DNA from: an uncultured Chloroflexia bacterium
GTDB taxonomy: Bacteria > Chloroflexota > Limnocylindria > Limnocylindrales > CSP1-4
Length of the DNA stretch: 64,000 nt
NCBI GenBank assembly: GCA_963749705.1
Contig: CAVVNQ010000003.1
Location: forward strand, 416,001 to 480,000
Direction: 5' to 3'
Below the pieces are notes generated by a model that saw only the letters and a program-made list of their open reading frames with translations, ran no database searches and was not told the origin of the DNA. Position 1 is the first letter of the stretch; the number at the start of each line of letters is the position of its first letter. Shown piece by piece: positions 19,471 through 28,652 of the stretch. Both the position numbers and the translations under genes were made by a program.

Positions 19471-20279
19471 AGACACGGAGCGCCGCATCGACGCCGGCCC
19501 TGCCCGCGACCCAACCGCGTCCCGCTTCCCCACGGAGACGCCGAGCCACGTCGGCGCGCAGGCGCGCCCGGGCGCGGGCCGAGTACGTGGCGCGCCGAAT
19601 CGGGACCGGCCTACGGGAAGTCCGCCTTGCGCAAGGGCTCCGGCAGATGGACGTTGCCACCGCGGCGGGCATCACCCAGCCGTTCTACAGCCGCATCGAA
19701 CGCGGGCTGGAGCTCGGCGTCACGCTGCTCACGCTCGCGGCATGCGGCGCCGCGCTCAATGTGCAGCTCGCCGGGTTCATCGAGGCCCTGCCCGGTGCGA
19801 ACCTCCCGCGCGACATCGAGCACCTGCGCCGCCAGAGCCTGCTTGTCGCGATCGCGGCACGAGGCGGCTGGCGCGCCAGTCCGGAGGCTGCGCTGGTGCA
19901 TGACGGGCCTCGACCGAGATCCATCGATGTCCTCCTGACGCGCGAGGAGACTCGGGAGGCGGCGGTCGTCGAGATCTGGGACCTGCTCACAGACGGCGGC
20001 GAGGCGATGCGCGGGCTCCACGCGAAGGTCATCGCCACGGCGGGCAGCCTCGGCCCGGGATGGCAGGTCCAGGGGTTGCTCCTGCTCAGGCGAACCTCGC
20101 GCAACCGCGCGCTCGTGCGTGACCTCGCGCCCCTCCTCGCCGCGCGCTACCCCGCCTCGTCGCCGGCTTGGCTGCGGGCACTTTCATACCCTGGCGCCGT
20201 GCTCCCGGCGGCCGCCGGCTTCGCCTGGACATCCGTACGCGGCGACCGGCTCGTCGCGGCGAGGTTGCCGCATCGATGA
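19467..20279 (+). CDS. XRE-family HTH fused to a restriction-endonuclease-like (PD-(D/E)XK-like) domain
   Basis: [35 protein letters not shown], then HLRRQ..GGW...E...RSIDVLL...AVVEIWD; exact start uncertain. Confidence 0.75.
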   Translation: MQTRSAASTPALPATQPRPASPRRRRATSARRRARARAEYVARRIGTGLREVRLAQGLRQMDVATAAGITQPFYSRIERGLELGVTLLTLAACGAALNVQLAGFIEALPGANLPRDIEHLRRQSLLVAIAARGGWRASPEAALVHDGPRPRSIDVLLTREETREAAVVEIWDLLTDGGEAMRGLHAKVIATAGSLGPGWQVQGLLLLRRTSRNRALVRDLAPLLAARYPASSPAWLRALSYPGAVLPAAAGFAWTSVRGDRLVAARLPHR

Positions 20280-20382
20280 TGTGTCCGCCGCTTGTGGTCG
20301 CCGCCAGCCTGCAGGGACCAAGCATTCGATCGTTCGGGGGTGATGCGCTATCATCGCCCGGCCCTCAGCGGGCACTTTCGGT

Positions 20383-20461
<79 letters not shown>

Positions 20462-20669
20462 CTCACCGATCTGGTCGCCGAGCTCGAACGTCGCGGGCAG
20501 CGCCCCGTCGAGACCCAGCGCGACCGCGTCGGAACCTACGTCCCCTGGCTGCCCTCGCCCTCGTCTCGTCGAGACCGTGCTCTGAACGTTCCGGTTGCTG
20601 CGGCAGAGCGGCAGCGGAACTCGTGCAGGAGTGGTACTAGACAACGTGCGAGAGTGGTAGTCTTGGTGC

Positions 20670-21902
20670 GTGCACTACCTCCCCAGGCTCGTCGATGGGC
20701 AGATCGACGCACTGCTGGCCGAGCTTCCTGCGATCTTCCTCACCGGGCCCCGAGCAACAGGCAAGACGACGACGGCCGCCCGCCGCGCCTCCACGATGGT
20801 GCGACTCGATCGCGAGGCCGAGGCCGTCGCATTCCGGGCCGATCCCGACGCCGCCCTGCGCGGCCTTCGTGAGCCGATTCTGCTCGACGAGTGGCAGGTC
20901 GTGCCGGGCGTGCTCGGCGCCGTGAAGCGGGCTGTCGATGCGGACCCGCGTGCCGGACGATTTCTCATCACGGGCTCGGTCCGCGGCGATCTCGACGGCG
21001 AGCTCTGGCCCGGGACGGGCCGGCTCACCCGCGTTCCGATGTTCGGCATGACGGTCCGTGAGCAGGCAGGGCACGGCGGTGGCGGCGTCCCCTTCCTCGA
21101 CCGGGTGGTCGCCGGCGCCGAGCTGCTCCCGGCCGCGGATACCCCGGACCTGCGCGGCTACGTGGAGCTGGCACTGCGCGGTGGCTTCCCGGAGCCGGCC
21201 CTGCGGCTCGGCGAGACCGCCCGGCGCGCCTGGCTCGAGAGCTACCTCGAACACCTGCTGACCCGCGACGCCGAGCAGGTCGAGGGCGGCCGGGACCCGG
21301 TTCGCCTGCGCCGCTATCTCAGGGCGTACGCGCTCAACACGGCCGGCATCGTGGACGAGAGGACCCTCTTCGAGGCGGCTGGCATCAACCGCCGGACGGC
21401 CCAGGCCTACGAGCGGCTGCTCACCAACCTGCTGGTGGTCGAGGCGCTCCCCGCCTGGACCTCGAACCGGCTCAAGCGTCTCGTGCTCATGCCCAAGCGC
21501 CACCTGGTCGATCCCGCGCTGGCCGGGGCCGTCCTGGGTCTCGACGCCAACCTCGTGATTCGCGAGGGCGGCCTCCTGGGGCGTCTGCTCGACACGTTCG
21601 TCGTCGCCCAGCTGCGGGCCGAGCTCGCTGTCACCGCCGCAAAGCCGCGCCTGTACCACGTGCGCCAGCAGCAGGGCAGGCTCGAGGTCGATGTGCTCGC
21701 GGAGCTCGCCGGCGGTCGGCTCGTCGCGATCGAGGTCAAGGCCGACGCCGCGCCGTCACCCGACGCGGGTCGGCACCTGGGCGCCCTCCGGGACCGGTAC
21801 CCGGAGACGTTCATCGCCGGCGTCGTCCTCCACACGGGTCCGCAAACCTACCGTCTCGGCGACAGGATCGTCGCCGCGCCGATCTCAAGCCTTTGGGCCT
21901 GA
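20670..21902 (+). CDS. AAA_14 ATPase with DUF4143 C-terminal domain
   Basis: Walker A GPRATGKTT, LLDEWQ, FLITGS, RGGFPE, PKRHLVDPALA, EVDVL...AIEVK. Confidence 0.9.
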   Translation: MHYLPRLVDGQIDALLAELPAIFLTGPRATGKTTTAARRASTMVRLDREAEAVAFRADPDAALRGLREPILLDEWQVVPGVLGAVKRAVDADPRAGRFLITGSVRGDLDGELWPGTGRLTRVPMFGMTVREQAGHGGGGVPFLDRVVAGAELLPAADTPDLRGYVELALRGGFPEPALRLGETARRAWLESYLEHLLTRDAEQVEGGRDPVRLRRYLRAYALNTAGIVDERTLFEAAGINRRTAQAYERLLTNLLVVEALPAWTSNRLKRLVLMPKRHLVDPALAGAVLGLDANLVIREGGLLGRLLDTFVVAQLRAELAVTAAKPRLYHVRQQQGRLEVDVLAELAGGRLVAIEVKADAAPSPDAGRHLGALRDRYPETFIAGVVLHTGPQTYRLGDRIVAAPISSLWA

Positions 21903-21916
21903 CGGAGAAGACGCTG

Positions 21917-22263
21917 ATGACCCGCACCTGGCTGTCGATCCGTGTCGACCTCGTTGAGGGTCGCGGGCAGCGCCTCTGGCCGCGCAGTGGAAGGATCTTC
22001 GCTGCCGCCAGGAGCCACACCCTTCGCGGCCCTGGCCGCCGCCATCGACGACGCCTTCGCCCGCTGGGATCGCGCGCACCTCCACGAGTTCCGCTTCTCC
22101 GATACCGGACGTTCCGCTCGCCTACTGGGGGTGGGGCACGATCCCCGACCAGTACGGCCGTCGGTGGGACGGCGATGATGGGGAGGGCCCGCGGCCGGGC
22201 GATCCCGGAGGCGAGGACCTGCCGCCGCTGCGCCCGGGGTGGGGGCAGGGGCGGAGCCTATGA
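21917..22263 (+). pseudogene. plasmid pRiA4b ORF-3-like gene, frameshifted and probably internally deleted
   Basis: MTRTWLSIRVDLVEG...RIFAAARSHT / frameshift / FAALAAAIDDAFARWDRAHLHEF / then YWGWGTIPDQYGRRWDGDD...LPPLRPGWG* in another frame. Confidence 0.65.
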
Positions 22264-22362
22264 CCTCATCAGAGCTTAGACCGGGACCTCGGTAAGCTCT
22301 TCACGCGGTTCCATGACCCGGCATCGCAGCGGCCAAACGACCGAGACATTAAGGTAGGTTCT

Positions 22363-22391
22363 GGAGGTTCGTCTCCTCTCGCCCCGACCAA
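22363..22391 (+). repeat. tRNA-Pro 3'-end copy 1 (att-like)
   Basis: GGAGGTTCgtcTCCTCTCGCCCCGACCAA, 26/29 identical to 20432-20460. Confidence 0.9.
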
Positions 22392-22538
22392 TGAGCCTAA
22401 ATGTCCCCACCTGTGCGCTGGCATCGCTTCTTGCCCGCCTCGGCCGCCTTGGAGCCGACGAGGTCTCGGAGAGGCCAGGCCTGCCGCGTGGTCTTGACGT
22501 GCGACATCCGCCTATCAGTTCGGGATGCCAGCTCGGGA

Positions 22539-22931
22539 CTAGGGTCGAACCTCGACGAAGCCCGCCGCGCTGAAGTCGCCGTCGAATGCCAGTGCCTCCC
22601 CGAGGCGTTCGCGGCGCATGACGACGAAGCTCGCGGCATCGACGAACGAGTAGACCCGCTCATCGTGGCGCCGAAGCCAGGCGCGCGCCTCGCGCTCGAT
22701 CGCCTCCTCGACGTGCACGACCGTCAGCCAGTCCGCGGACTCGACCGCGTCGACGAACGCGACGGCCGATCGGTGTCCGTCGCGACGGCGCAGGAAGGTC
22801 CAGGTCTCGCCGACGACGTGGTTCGTCGTCAGGAGCGCCTGGCCGGGCGACCACAGGCGGACCGCGTCCCCGTGGTTGGCATCACGCCGCAGCCGGAGCG
22901 CCACCCAGTAGGAGGTGTCGACGAACCTCAC
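22539..22931 (-). CDS. vapC: PIN-domain toxin VapC
   Basis: FVDTSYWVAL, TTNHVVGET, YSFVDAASF, ALAFDGDF..AGF. Confidence 0.9.
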   Translation of the reverse strand: MRFVDTSYWVALRLRRDANHGDAVRLWSPGQALLTTNHVVGETWTFLRRRDGHRSAVAFVDAVESADWLTVVHVEEAIEREARAWLRRHDERVYSFVDAASFVVMRRERLGEALAFDGDFSAAGFVEVRP

Positions 22932-23140
22932 GAGCCGTAGACGACGTCGTCGACGGGTCCCGGCGCAGCATCGCTGCCGCCGATCCAGTCGCGGAACGGA
23001 TCGACTGTGGGCTCCGGCTCGCCGATCGAGCGGCGCACGGCATCCCGGATGAGGGCCGCCTTGGAGGTATGCGTCCGACGTGCTCGGGAGGCCAGCGCGT
23101 CGTCCAGCTCCTCCTCGATGTAGATCTGCAGTCGCTTCAT
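22928..23140 (-). CDS. vapB: CopG/RHH antitoxin VapB
   Basis: MKRLQIYIEEELDDAL...SKAALIRDAV; GTGA overlap with vapC; two GTATAC palindromes at the promoter. Confidence 0.85.
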   Translation of the reverse strand: MKRLQIYIEEELDDALASRARRTHTSKAALIRDAVRRSIGEPEPTVDPFRDWIGGSDAAPGPVDDVVYGS

Positions 23141-23279
23141 GCAGGGAGTATACATCTATCGCCAGCGTATACACCATAAGCGACGTCGGCCGGGGTTCTC
23201 CAAAGGGTCAGGCCCTATTGTCAGGGTTCGTCTTGGCCAGAGTCCTCGCACCCCGCGAGGACAATCGATATCGTCGTCG

Positions 23280-23300
23280 CAAATCCTCTCGCCCCGACCA
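23280..23300 (+). repeat. tRNA-Pro 3'-end copy 2 (att-like)
   Basis: CAAATCCTCTCGCCCCGACCA, 21/21 identical to 20439-20459. Confidence 0.9.
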
Positions 23301-23529
23301 TAACCAGCAGATGCGCGCGAGAACGCCCCAACGAGGCCCGCGGCCACTGCTGACGGCGTCGGCTCGATCCGCATCCGGCGCCCCGCCCGGGTATCGGTCA
23401 GTTGACCGAGGGAGTCGCGGGTCGGTCCGGACCAGGCCGAGCGGTGCCGGGTGGCGACAGGGTCCTGTGCACGCGGGGCACCGGAGCCGTGCGTGGCACG
23501 CGGTAGATTGAGCGCGTGGGGACTTGCGC

Positions 23530-24756
23530 ATGACGATCGGCGGCATCGTCGGCATCCTGGCACTAGCAGGGGCCTTCGCGGCCGCGGCCGTCCGCCGGCG
23601 CGACGCCTTCTGGGCCGCCATCGCCGGGGTGCTCCTGGTCTTGCTGGCCCTGGGCGTCGCGAGATCCGGCATCGATCCGGCGTTCGTCAGAGACGCCGAC
23701 GGCGTGGTCGTGGTCGTCGGCGGGTTCCTGATGGCCGGCGTGGTGGCGCTCGGACTGGGTCTCCCGAAGTCGATGGAGGATCGCCTGCTCCTGGGCGACA
23801 TGCTGCCAGCGTGGACCTTCGATCAGGCCGTCATCCGGGCGCGCCAGCCATTCGTGGCCGCCGCCCAGGTCGGCGACGAGTCCGCGGCCGGCAAGGCGCA
23901 CTGGCGACACACGGTCACCGTGCCGGCTCCGAACAGCGACTGGGCCTCCCTGGCTGACGGGCTCGAGGAAGGCGATGTCGAGTGGGTGGACCGCCGGCGA
24001 GCCGGGGCTACGGCTGAGGACTGGCTGCCCTGGCAGACACGAACCGTGCAGCTGTCGGCCGACTGGGTCGCCCTCAGCGGGCCAGTCGCCGATCGCCGGC
24101 GGAGCCGTGCGGCGATCGTCAGTGGCACGTTCAGGGTCGGCATCATCGCCGCTTGGGTGTGCTTCGTGATCGGCTTCGCTGGTGTCCCGACAGGCCTCGC
24201 GAGTCGGGCACCCGGGGGTCGCGCGACGATTGTCCCAGTCCATCCGCCCGGCAGATCCATCTACCTCGCCCCGCTCGGCGGGATTTCCACAGCGGAGCTC
24301 CAGGACCTGGCCGACTTCTACGCGGTCCGGTACGACCTCGACGTCGGCATCCTGCCGCCCGCGCCCGTCCCGGCGGGCCTGGAGGACCCCGCGCGCAGCC
24401 AGGTGGCAGCCGAGGACGTCATCGAGCGACTGCCGTCCATCTACCCGGAAGCCGCCGACCCGAAGAACGTAGTGATCGGTGTGCTGCCGACAGACATGTA
24501 TGTCCGGGGCATCCCCGAGTGGCGGTGGGCGTTCGGCAATCGCGCCGACGGCCACCTCGCCGTGGTCTCGACCGCGCGGATGCACGCGACGGGCCTCTTC
24601 GGCGCGAGCATCGCGGCCTCCCGACTCCGCAAGATGGTGACGCGGGACATCGGCGTGCTGTACTTCGGCCTCCCGTTGTCGGACGATCCACACAGCGTCC
24701 TGTACCGCGAGATCCTCAGCGTCCCCGACCTGGATCGGCTCGGAGAGGACTTCTGA
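23530..24756 (+). CDS. membrane protein with a C-terminal archaemetzincin-like domain lacking HEXXH
   Basis: N-terminal TMs; IYLAPLG, IGVLPTDMY, WAFG, AVVSTARM, RLRKMVTRDIGVLYFGLP.SDDP.SVLY. Confidence 0.65.
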   Translation: MTIGGIVGILALAGAFAAAAVRRRDAFWAAIAGVLLVLLALGVARSGIDPAFVRDADGVVVVVGGFLMAGVVALGLGLPKSMEDRLLLGDMLPAWTFDQAVIRARQPFVAAAQVGDESAAGKAHWRHTVTVPAPNSDWASLADGLEEGDVEWVDRRRAGATAEDWLPWQTRTVQLSADWVALSGPVADRRRSRAAIVSGTFRVGIIAAWVCFVIGFAGVPTGLASRAPGGRATIVPVHPPGRSIYLAPLGGISTAELQDLADFYAVRYDLDVGILPPAPVPAGLEDPARSQVAAEDVIERLPSIYPEAADPKNVVIGVLPTDMYVRGIPEWRWAFGNRADGHLAVVSTARMHATGLFGASIAASRLRKMVTRDIGVLYFGLPLSDDPHSVLYREILSVPDLDRLGEDF

Positions 24757-24875
24757 ACTCCTGCGGGTTCACGCGCCTTCAGGCAGACCGCCACGCGTCA
24801 TGCGATGCGCGTCTCGCCACGCGACGGTCGCTGGCCCGCCATGACGACCGCACAGCCGCGGATCTGCCGGGCACC

Positions 24876-24903
24876 GGAAGGTCTATCCCTCTCGTCCCGA
24901 CCA
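24876..24903 (+). repeat. tRNA-Pro 3'-end copy 3 (degenerate att-like)
   Basis: GGAaGgTCtAtcCCTCTCGtCCCGACCA, 22/28 identical, ungapped. Confidence 0.65.
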
Positions 24904-24987
24904 GCTCGACGCAACGACACACCGAAGTTGGACCAGCGTGGTCCGGTTCTTCTTGTTCACGGTTCTGCGCCAGGTTATACTCCCGGT

Positions 24988-25227
24988 ATGAAGACAGCCG
25001 TCTCGGTGCCCGATGACCTGTTCGCCCAGGCAGACCGCCTCGCGAAGCGCTCCCGCCGCTCGCGTAGCGAGGTGTACAGCGCGGCCCTGCGCGAGTACGT
25101 CGCCCGCCACGCCCCCGATGAGGTGACGGCCGGCCTGGACGCCGTGCTCGCGGACGTAGGCGATGTGGCCCCCGACCCGTTCGCCGCAGTGGCCGCCCGC
25201 CGCATGCTGGCCGCCGCCGAGTGGTGA
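24988..25227 (+). CDS. RHH antitoxin, MazE-like
   Basis: MKTAVSVPDDLF..ADRLA...SRSEVYSAALREYV; TATACT 6 nt upstream of ATG. Confidence 0.88.
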   Translation: MKTAVSVPDDLFAQADRLAKRSRRSRSEVYSAALREYVARHAPDEVTAGLDAVLADVGDVAPDPFAAVAARRMLAAAEW

Positions 25228-25568
25228 TTGCCCAGGGCGAGGTCTGGTGGGCGGACCTCGCCGAGCCGGCCGGCTCCGAGCCCGGGTTTCGCCGCCCCGT
25301 CGTGGTCGTGCAGGGCGACGCCTTCAATGCAAGCACGCTCCGGACGGTCGTCTGCGTCGCGCTCACGAGCAACCTCCGCTGGGCGGACGCCCCGGGCAAC
25401 GTGCTGCTGGCCGCCCGGGCCACGGGGCTCCCGAAGGCGTCGGTCGCGAACGTGACGCAACTCGTGACGCTCGACCGCGAGGCGCTCACCGAGCGCACTG
25501 GCCGTCTCTCCGCGTCGAGCCTCGAACTGGTGATCGCCGGCATCGACACGCTGCTCGGCAGGGGCTGA
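25221..25568 (+). CDS. mazF: PemK/MazF family endoribonuclease toxin
   Basis: QGEVWWADL..P.GSEPGFRRPVVVVQ.D.FN, LTSNL, GLPKASVANVTQL. Confidence 0.92.
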   Translation: MVIAQGEVWWADLAEPAGSEPGFRRPVVVVQGDAFNASTLRTVVCVALTSNLRWADAPGNVLLAARATGLPKASVANVTQLVTLDREALTERTGRLSASSLELVIAGIDTLLGRG

Positions 25569-25796
25569 CTGCGACGCGAGTCACGGACGACGTGCGCGCG
25601 AGGATGCGGACATGCAACGGGCCATCCGACCGGGACGTGCGCGGGCCTTGCTTGCCCTGGGGAGCGCACGGCGTCGCGCTCGACAGAAGCGATCGGCCCG
25701 CGCCGCACTGGAAGCTGCGATCGCCGCCGTCGAAATCGTCGTCCTGAGTCGTCTCGCCCTGACAGATTGCGGATCTGAGCGTGCGCCGCCGGCTGT

Positions 25797-27341
25797 TCAC
25801 GGATGGCTCGCCGTGACCTCAAAGAGTTGCCACTCGCCCGGCACCCCGCGCAGTGCATGTTGTCCCGCGTCCTGCATCGGCACATCGGGAAGTACGGAGG
25901 CCAGGTCTGCGGAGACGAGGATGTCCCCCGCCCCGGCTGTTCCCATGACCCGCGCGGCCGCGTGGACAGCCAGCCCGCTCACCTGTTCGCCACGCATCTC
26001 CACGTCGCCCAGGTGCAGCCCCGTTCGGACGCGGAGACCGAGCCTCCCCACGCTTCCACGCATCGCCACCGCGCAACGGATCGCGTTGCCCGGACGATCG
26101 AACACGGCGAAGAAGGCGTCGCCGGCCGTGTTGACCTCGCGGCCACGATACCGCGCCAGCTCCTGGCGCACCGCGGCCCTGTAGGCGTCGAGGACCTCCC
26201 GCCAGCGCTCGTCGCCCAGGTTGACGATCGCCTGGGTGGATTCCACGATGTCGGTGAAAAGGAGCGTCAACCGGCTGCGCGCTGGCAGTGCTCGGTCGAC
26301 GATCGGCCGCAGTCGATGACGCACCGGGGAGAAGGCGAGCCCGGCGGCCAGGCCCACTGCGGCCGCCATCAGATTGGAGCCCTGACCGAACCATGCCTGC
26401 AGTGCGTTTTGCGCCACCACGTTGGCCGCGCCGAACACCACGAGGAGCACCAGGCTGACGGCCCCGTACAGGGCAGTCCGGTTCAGGAACAGGTCAAGGT
26501 CGTAGAGTCGATAGCGAAGCATTGCGACCGCGAAACCGAGTGGCATGGCGATCCCGAAGCCGGCAACCGTGGTGACCGTCACCAACACGTTGACCTGGTC
26601 GAGTGGGACGATCAGCAGCGCGCCCACGTTGAGGCCAACGTTCAGGAACACCGCGAAGGCCGTCGACCATGCGATCCAGCGCAGCTGCAACGCCTCCTCG
26701 CCCTGCGACCGCCTGAGCCGGAGCACGATGGCCACGCCGGCAGCCGCCACGATGCCCAGGCCGGCCAGGTAGAGGACGATGCCGAGCGGCGAGAGCGCCA
26801 GGCCCTCGAGCTCCGGCACGGCGGTCGGGTTGGGGGCGCCGGGCAGGGTACGGAGCTCGAGCCCGCGCGGGTCCAGCACCGTTGCGATCACCAGGAGCAC
26901 GGTCACGGCCACCGCCGACCGCGCCACCCACCGCCAGCGTCGCGACAGCAGCCGGCCATTTGGAACAAGCAGGAGGACTATCGGCGCCAGCCCAGCGGGG
27001 TACACCAGCGTGAGGGCAACGCTGCCGAACCACGGGATCCATGACGTGAAGGGAGCCTGCGGGTTGGTATCGAGGGCGTAGCGTGTGAACTGCGTGGCCG
27101 CGCCGTTCAACCCCATGGCCAGCGCCATCGCCAGGAAGATCCAGCCCGTGGCGTTCCGGGTCTGGCGCGACGCGACCAGGGCGCCGAGGATGCCGAAGCT
27201 GACGGGCAGGACGATCTCGGCCGCGCTAGTCTCATCGAGCGTCTGGATCGACGCGCGGTTGATGAACGCGAGCAGGGCGGTCCCGGCCGCGGCCAGCAGC
27301 GTAGCGACGCAGATCGACCACGCGAGGAGACGGGCGCTCAC
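25797..27341 (-). CDS. membrane-anchored class III adenylate/guanylate cyclase
   Basis: Multi-TM N-terminus; LLFTDIVEST, GREVNTAGDAFFA, RTGLHLGDV, SGLAVHAAARV. Confidence 0.9.
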   Translation of the reverse strand: MSARLLAWSICVATLLAAAGTALLAFINRASIQTLDETSAAEIVLPVSFGILGALVASRQTRNATGWIFLAMALAMGLNGAATQFTRYALDTNPQAPFTSWIPWFGSVALTLVYPAGLAPIVLLLVPNGRLLSRRWRWVARSAVAVTVLLVIATVLDPRGLELRTLPGAPNPTAVPELEGLALSPLGIVLYLAGLGIVAAAGVAIVLRLRRSQGEEALQLRWIAWSTAFAVFLNVGLNVGALLIVPLDQVNVLVTVTTVAGFGIAMPLGFAVAMLRYRLYDLDLFLNRTALYGAVSLVLLVVFGAANVVAQNALQAWFGQGSNLMAAAVGLAAGLAFSPVRHRLRPIVDRALPARSRLTLLFTDIVESTQAIVNLGDERWREVLDAYRAAVRQELARYRGREVNTAGDAFFAVFDRPGNAIRCAVAMRGSVGRLGLRVRTGLHLGDVEMRGEQVSGLAVHAAARVMGTAGAGDILVSADLASVLPDVPMQDAGQHALRGVPGEWQLFEVTASHP

Positions 27342-27475
27342 ACGGGGATGCTAACGGACGCGCTCGGCGGAGAGGAACCCGAACATGGCGTGTGCCAGGC
27401 AGAGGGCTCGACCCGACTGCGGCCTGATCCGCTGCCGACGATCCTGACGGTCAGCTGGAACGTCTCGCTCCGACC

Positions 27476-27492
27476 CCTCTCGCCCCGACCAA
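27476..27492 (+). repeat. tRNA-Pro 3'-end copy 4 (att-like)
   Basis: CCTCTCGCCCCGACCAA, 17/17 identical to 20444-20460. Confidence 0.8.
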
Positions 27493-27608
27493 CCTACTCC
27501 TCGTTGCGCCGCCAGGGTCCCACCGGCTGGATGACCGCTCCGTCAGCTCGGTAGTCGGCGCCATGTCGCGAGCGATGCTGTGGTGGCCAGTGTCGAGACG
27601 TTGAAACG

Positions 27609-28178
27609 TCAAGCCGCGTACAACGAGTACCTACTCCAAAGTCGAAGACGCTTGATCCGGTACTCGACGTATTCGACGCTGCAGCCGTGGTCACGCGCGA
27701 TGTCCGGCGCGAACCTCAACCCCCCGATGTCGGCCTGGATGCGTTCCTTGGGCAGCAAGAGCGCAGCTCCGAGGTCGTACGCCTCATCCTCCTGCGCTCG
27801 GTCGTAATCGCGGCGCGCGATCCCGGTCTGGAGGTCGGCCCGGATGGCGCTGGGACGATGGCCGAGAAGGTGGTGGGACAGCTCCTCCATCAGCGTCGCG
27901 GTTTGCCGAGCCCGTGGCCGCATCGGGTTCATGACGATGATGAGGGTCCGATGGTCCGGGTAGCTGAACGAGAATGCGTCCCACGACAAACGCCTCACGC
28001 GCGCTGCGAGCCCTGGATCACCCAGGTCATCCGGGGTCAAGACATGGGCCGGGACCGCATCGCACAGGTCGTCGATGGGCAAGGTCGTCAACTGATCGAG
28101 GCCGAGGGAAGCACGGATCGTCGCGGCATGACGCTCGATGCGCCACTTGTGGCGGTAGTCGCCGCGGTCGTACACCAT
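27609..28178 (-). CDS. ImmA/IrrE family metallopeptidase (EELSH variant)
   Basis: IIVMN....RQTATLMEELSHHLLGH, QEDEAYDLGAALLLP, IARDHGCS.EYVEYRI. Confidence 0.8.
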   Translation of the reverse strand: MVYDRGDYRHKWRIERHAATIRASLGLDQLTTLPIDDLCDAVPAHVLTPDDLGDPGLAARVRRLSWDAFSFSYPDHRTLIIVMNPMRPRARQTATLMEELSHHLLGHRPSAIRADLQTGIARRDYDRAQEDEAYDLGAALLLPKERIQADIGGLRFAPDIARDHGCSVEYVEYRIKRLRLWSRYSLYAA

Positions 28179-28180
28179 GT

Positions 28181-28405
28181 CTATGAGCCATCCCCTTCTC
28201 GTGGGATCCGGAAGCGCTCGTATGCAATGCGGAACAAGTCGGCGAGCGCCTCGGCGTACGCGCCACTGAGACCCTTGTCGGCTCGCAGGTGCAGCTCGAC
28301 GCCTTGGACGGTGTCGGCGTCGGGGGCGTGGATGGTTTGGGCGCGCTCGCCTGTCTGGGTCACCGAACCGATGGGCATGTCCACCCAGCGCGCCAATCGC
28401 AGCAA
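28181..28405 (-). pseudogene. C-terminal remnant of a putative XRE/ImmR-like repressor
   Basis: LLRLARWVDMP...VELHLRADKGLS...ALADLFRIAYERF directly upstream of immA; in-frame TAG two codons upstream, no HTH. Confidence 0.5.
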
Positions 28406-28414
28406 GTTCTAGCG

Positions 28415-28515
28415 CGCCAGAGGATGTGCCGGCTGCGGTTGGACTGGCGGGCGTGCTCCGCGCAGCGACTACCGAGGCGGCTGGTCAGGACGCCGCAGAC
28501 CGTGCACAGCTTCAC
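28415..28515 (-). pseudogene. N-terminal fragment resembling small phage HNH endonucleases
   Basis: VKLCTVCGVLTSRLGSRCAEHARQSNRSRH (CxxC...RC.EH); no HNH core follows. Confidence 0.4.
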
Positions 28516-28652
28516 CCACGAATCGTCGGCGGGCTGGGTGGCGTGGTCTATCCGCCTGCGGTGCCACGTCCGGACGACCACGACTGGTGCCGCGGCCTCC
28601 CGGTCGGCCGTCGGACGGAGACGTGGGCCAAACGGGGTGCCCCCGCGACCGT

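Noticed and set aside
13283-19675. Very long antisense ORFs (1202 aa and 903 aa; likewise 35642-39010 and 54085-56517)
   Set aside because: Shadow ORFs opposite well-supported genes, a typical high-GC artefact with no recognisable motifs.
22141-22152. CCCCGACCA as a further att copy
   Set aside because: Only 9 nt, and it is explained by the codons IPDQ of the pseudogene.
25751-25765. TCTCGCCCTGAC as a degenerate att copy between mazF and the cyclase
   Set aside because: 11 of 12 nt in GC-rich DNA is too short to distinguish from chance, although the intergenic position is suggestive.
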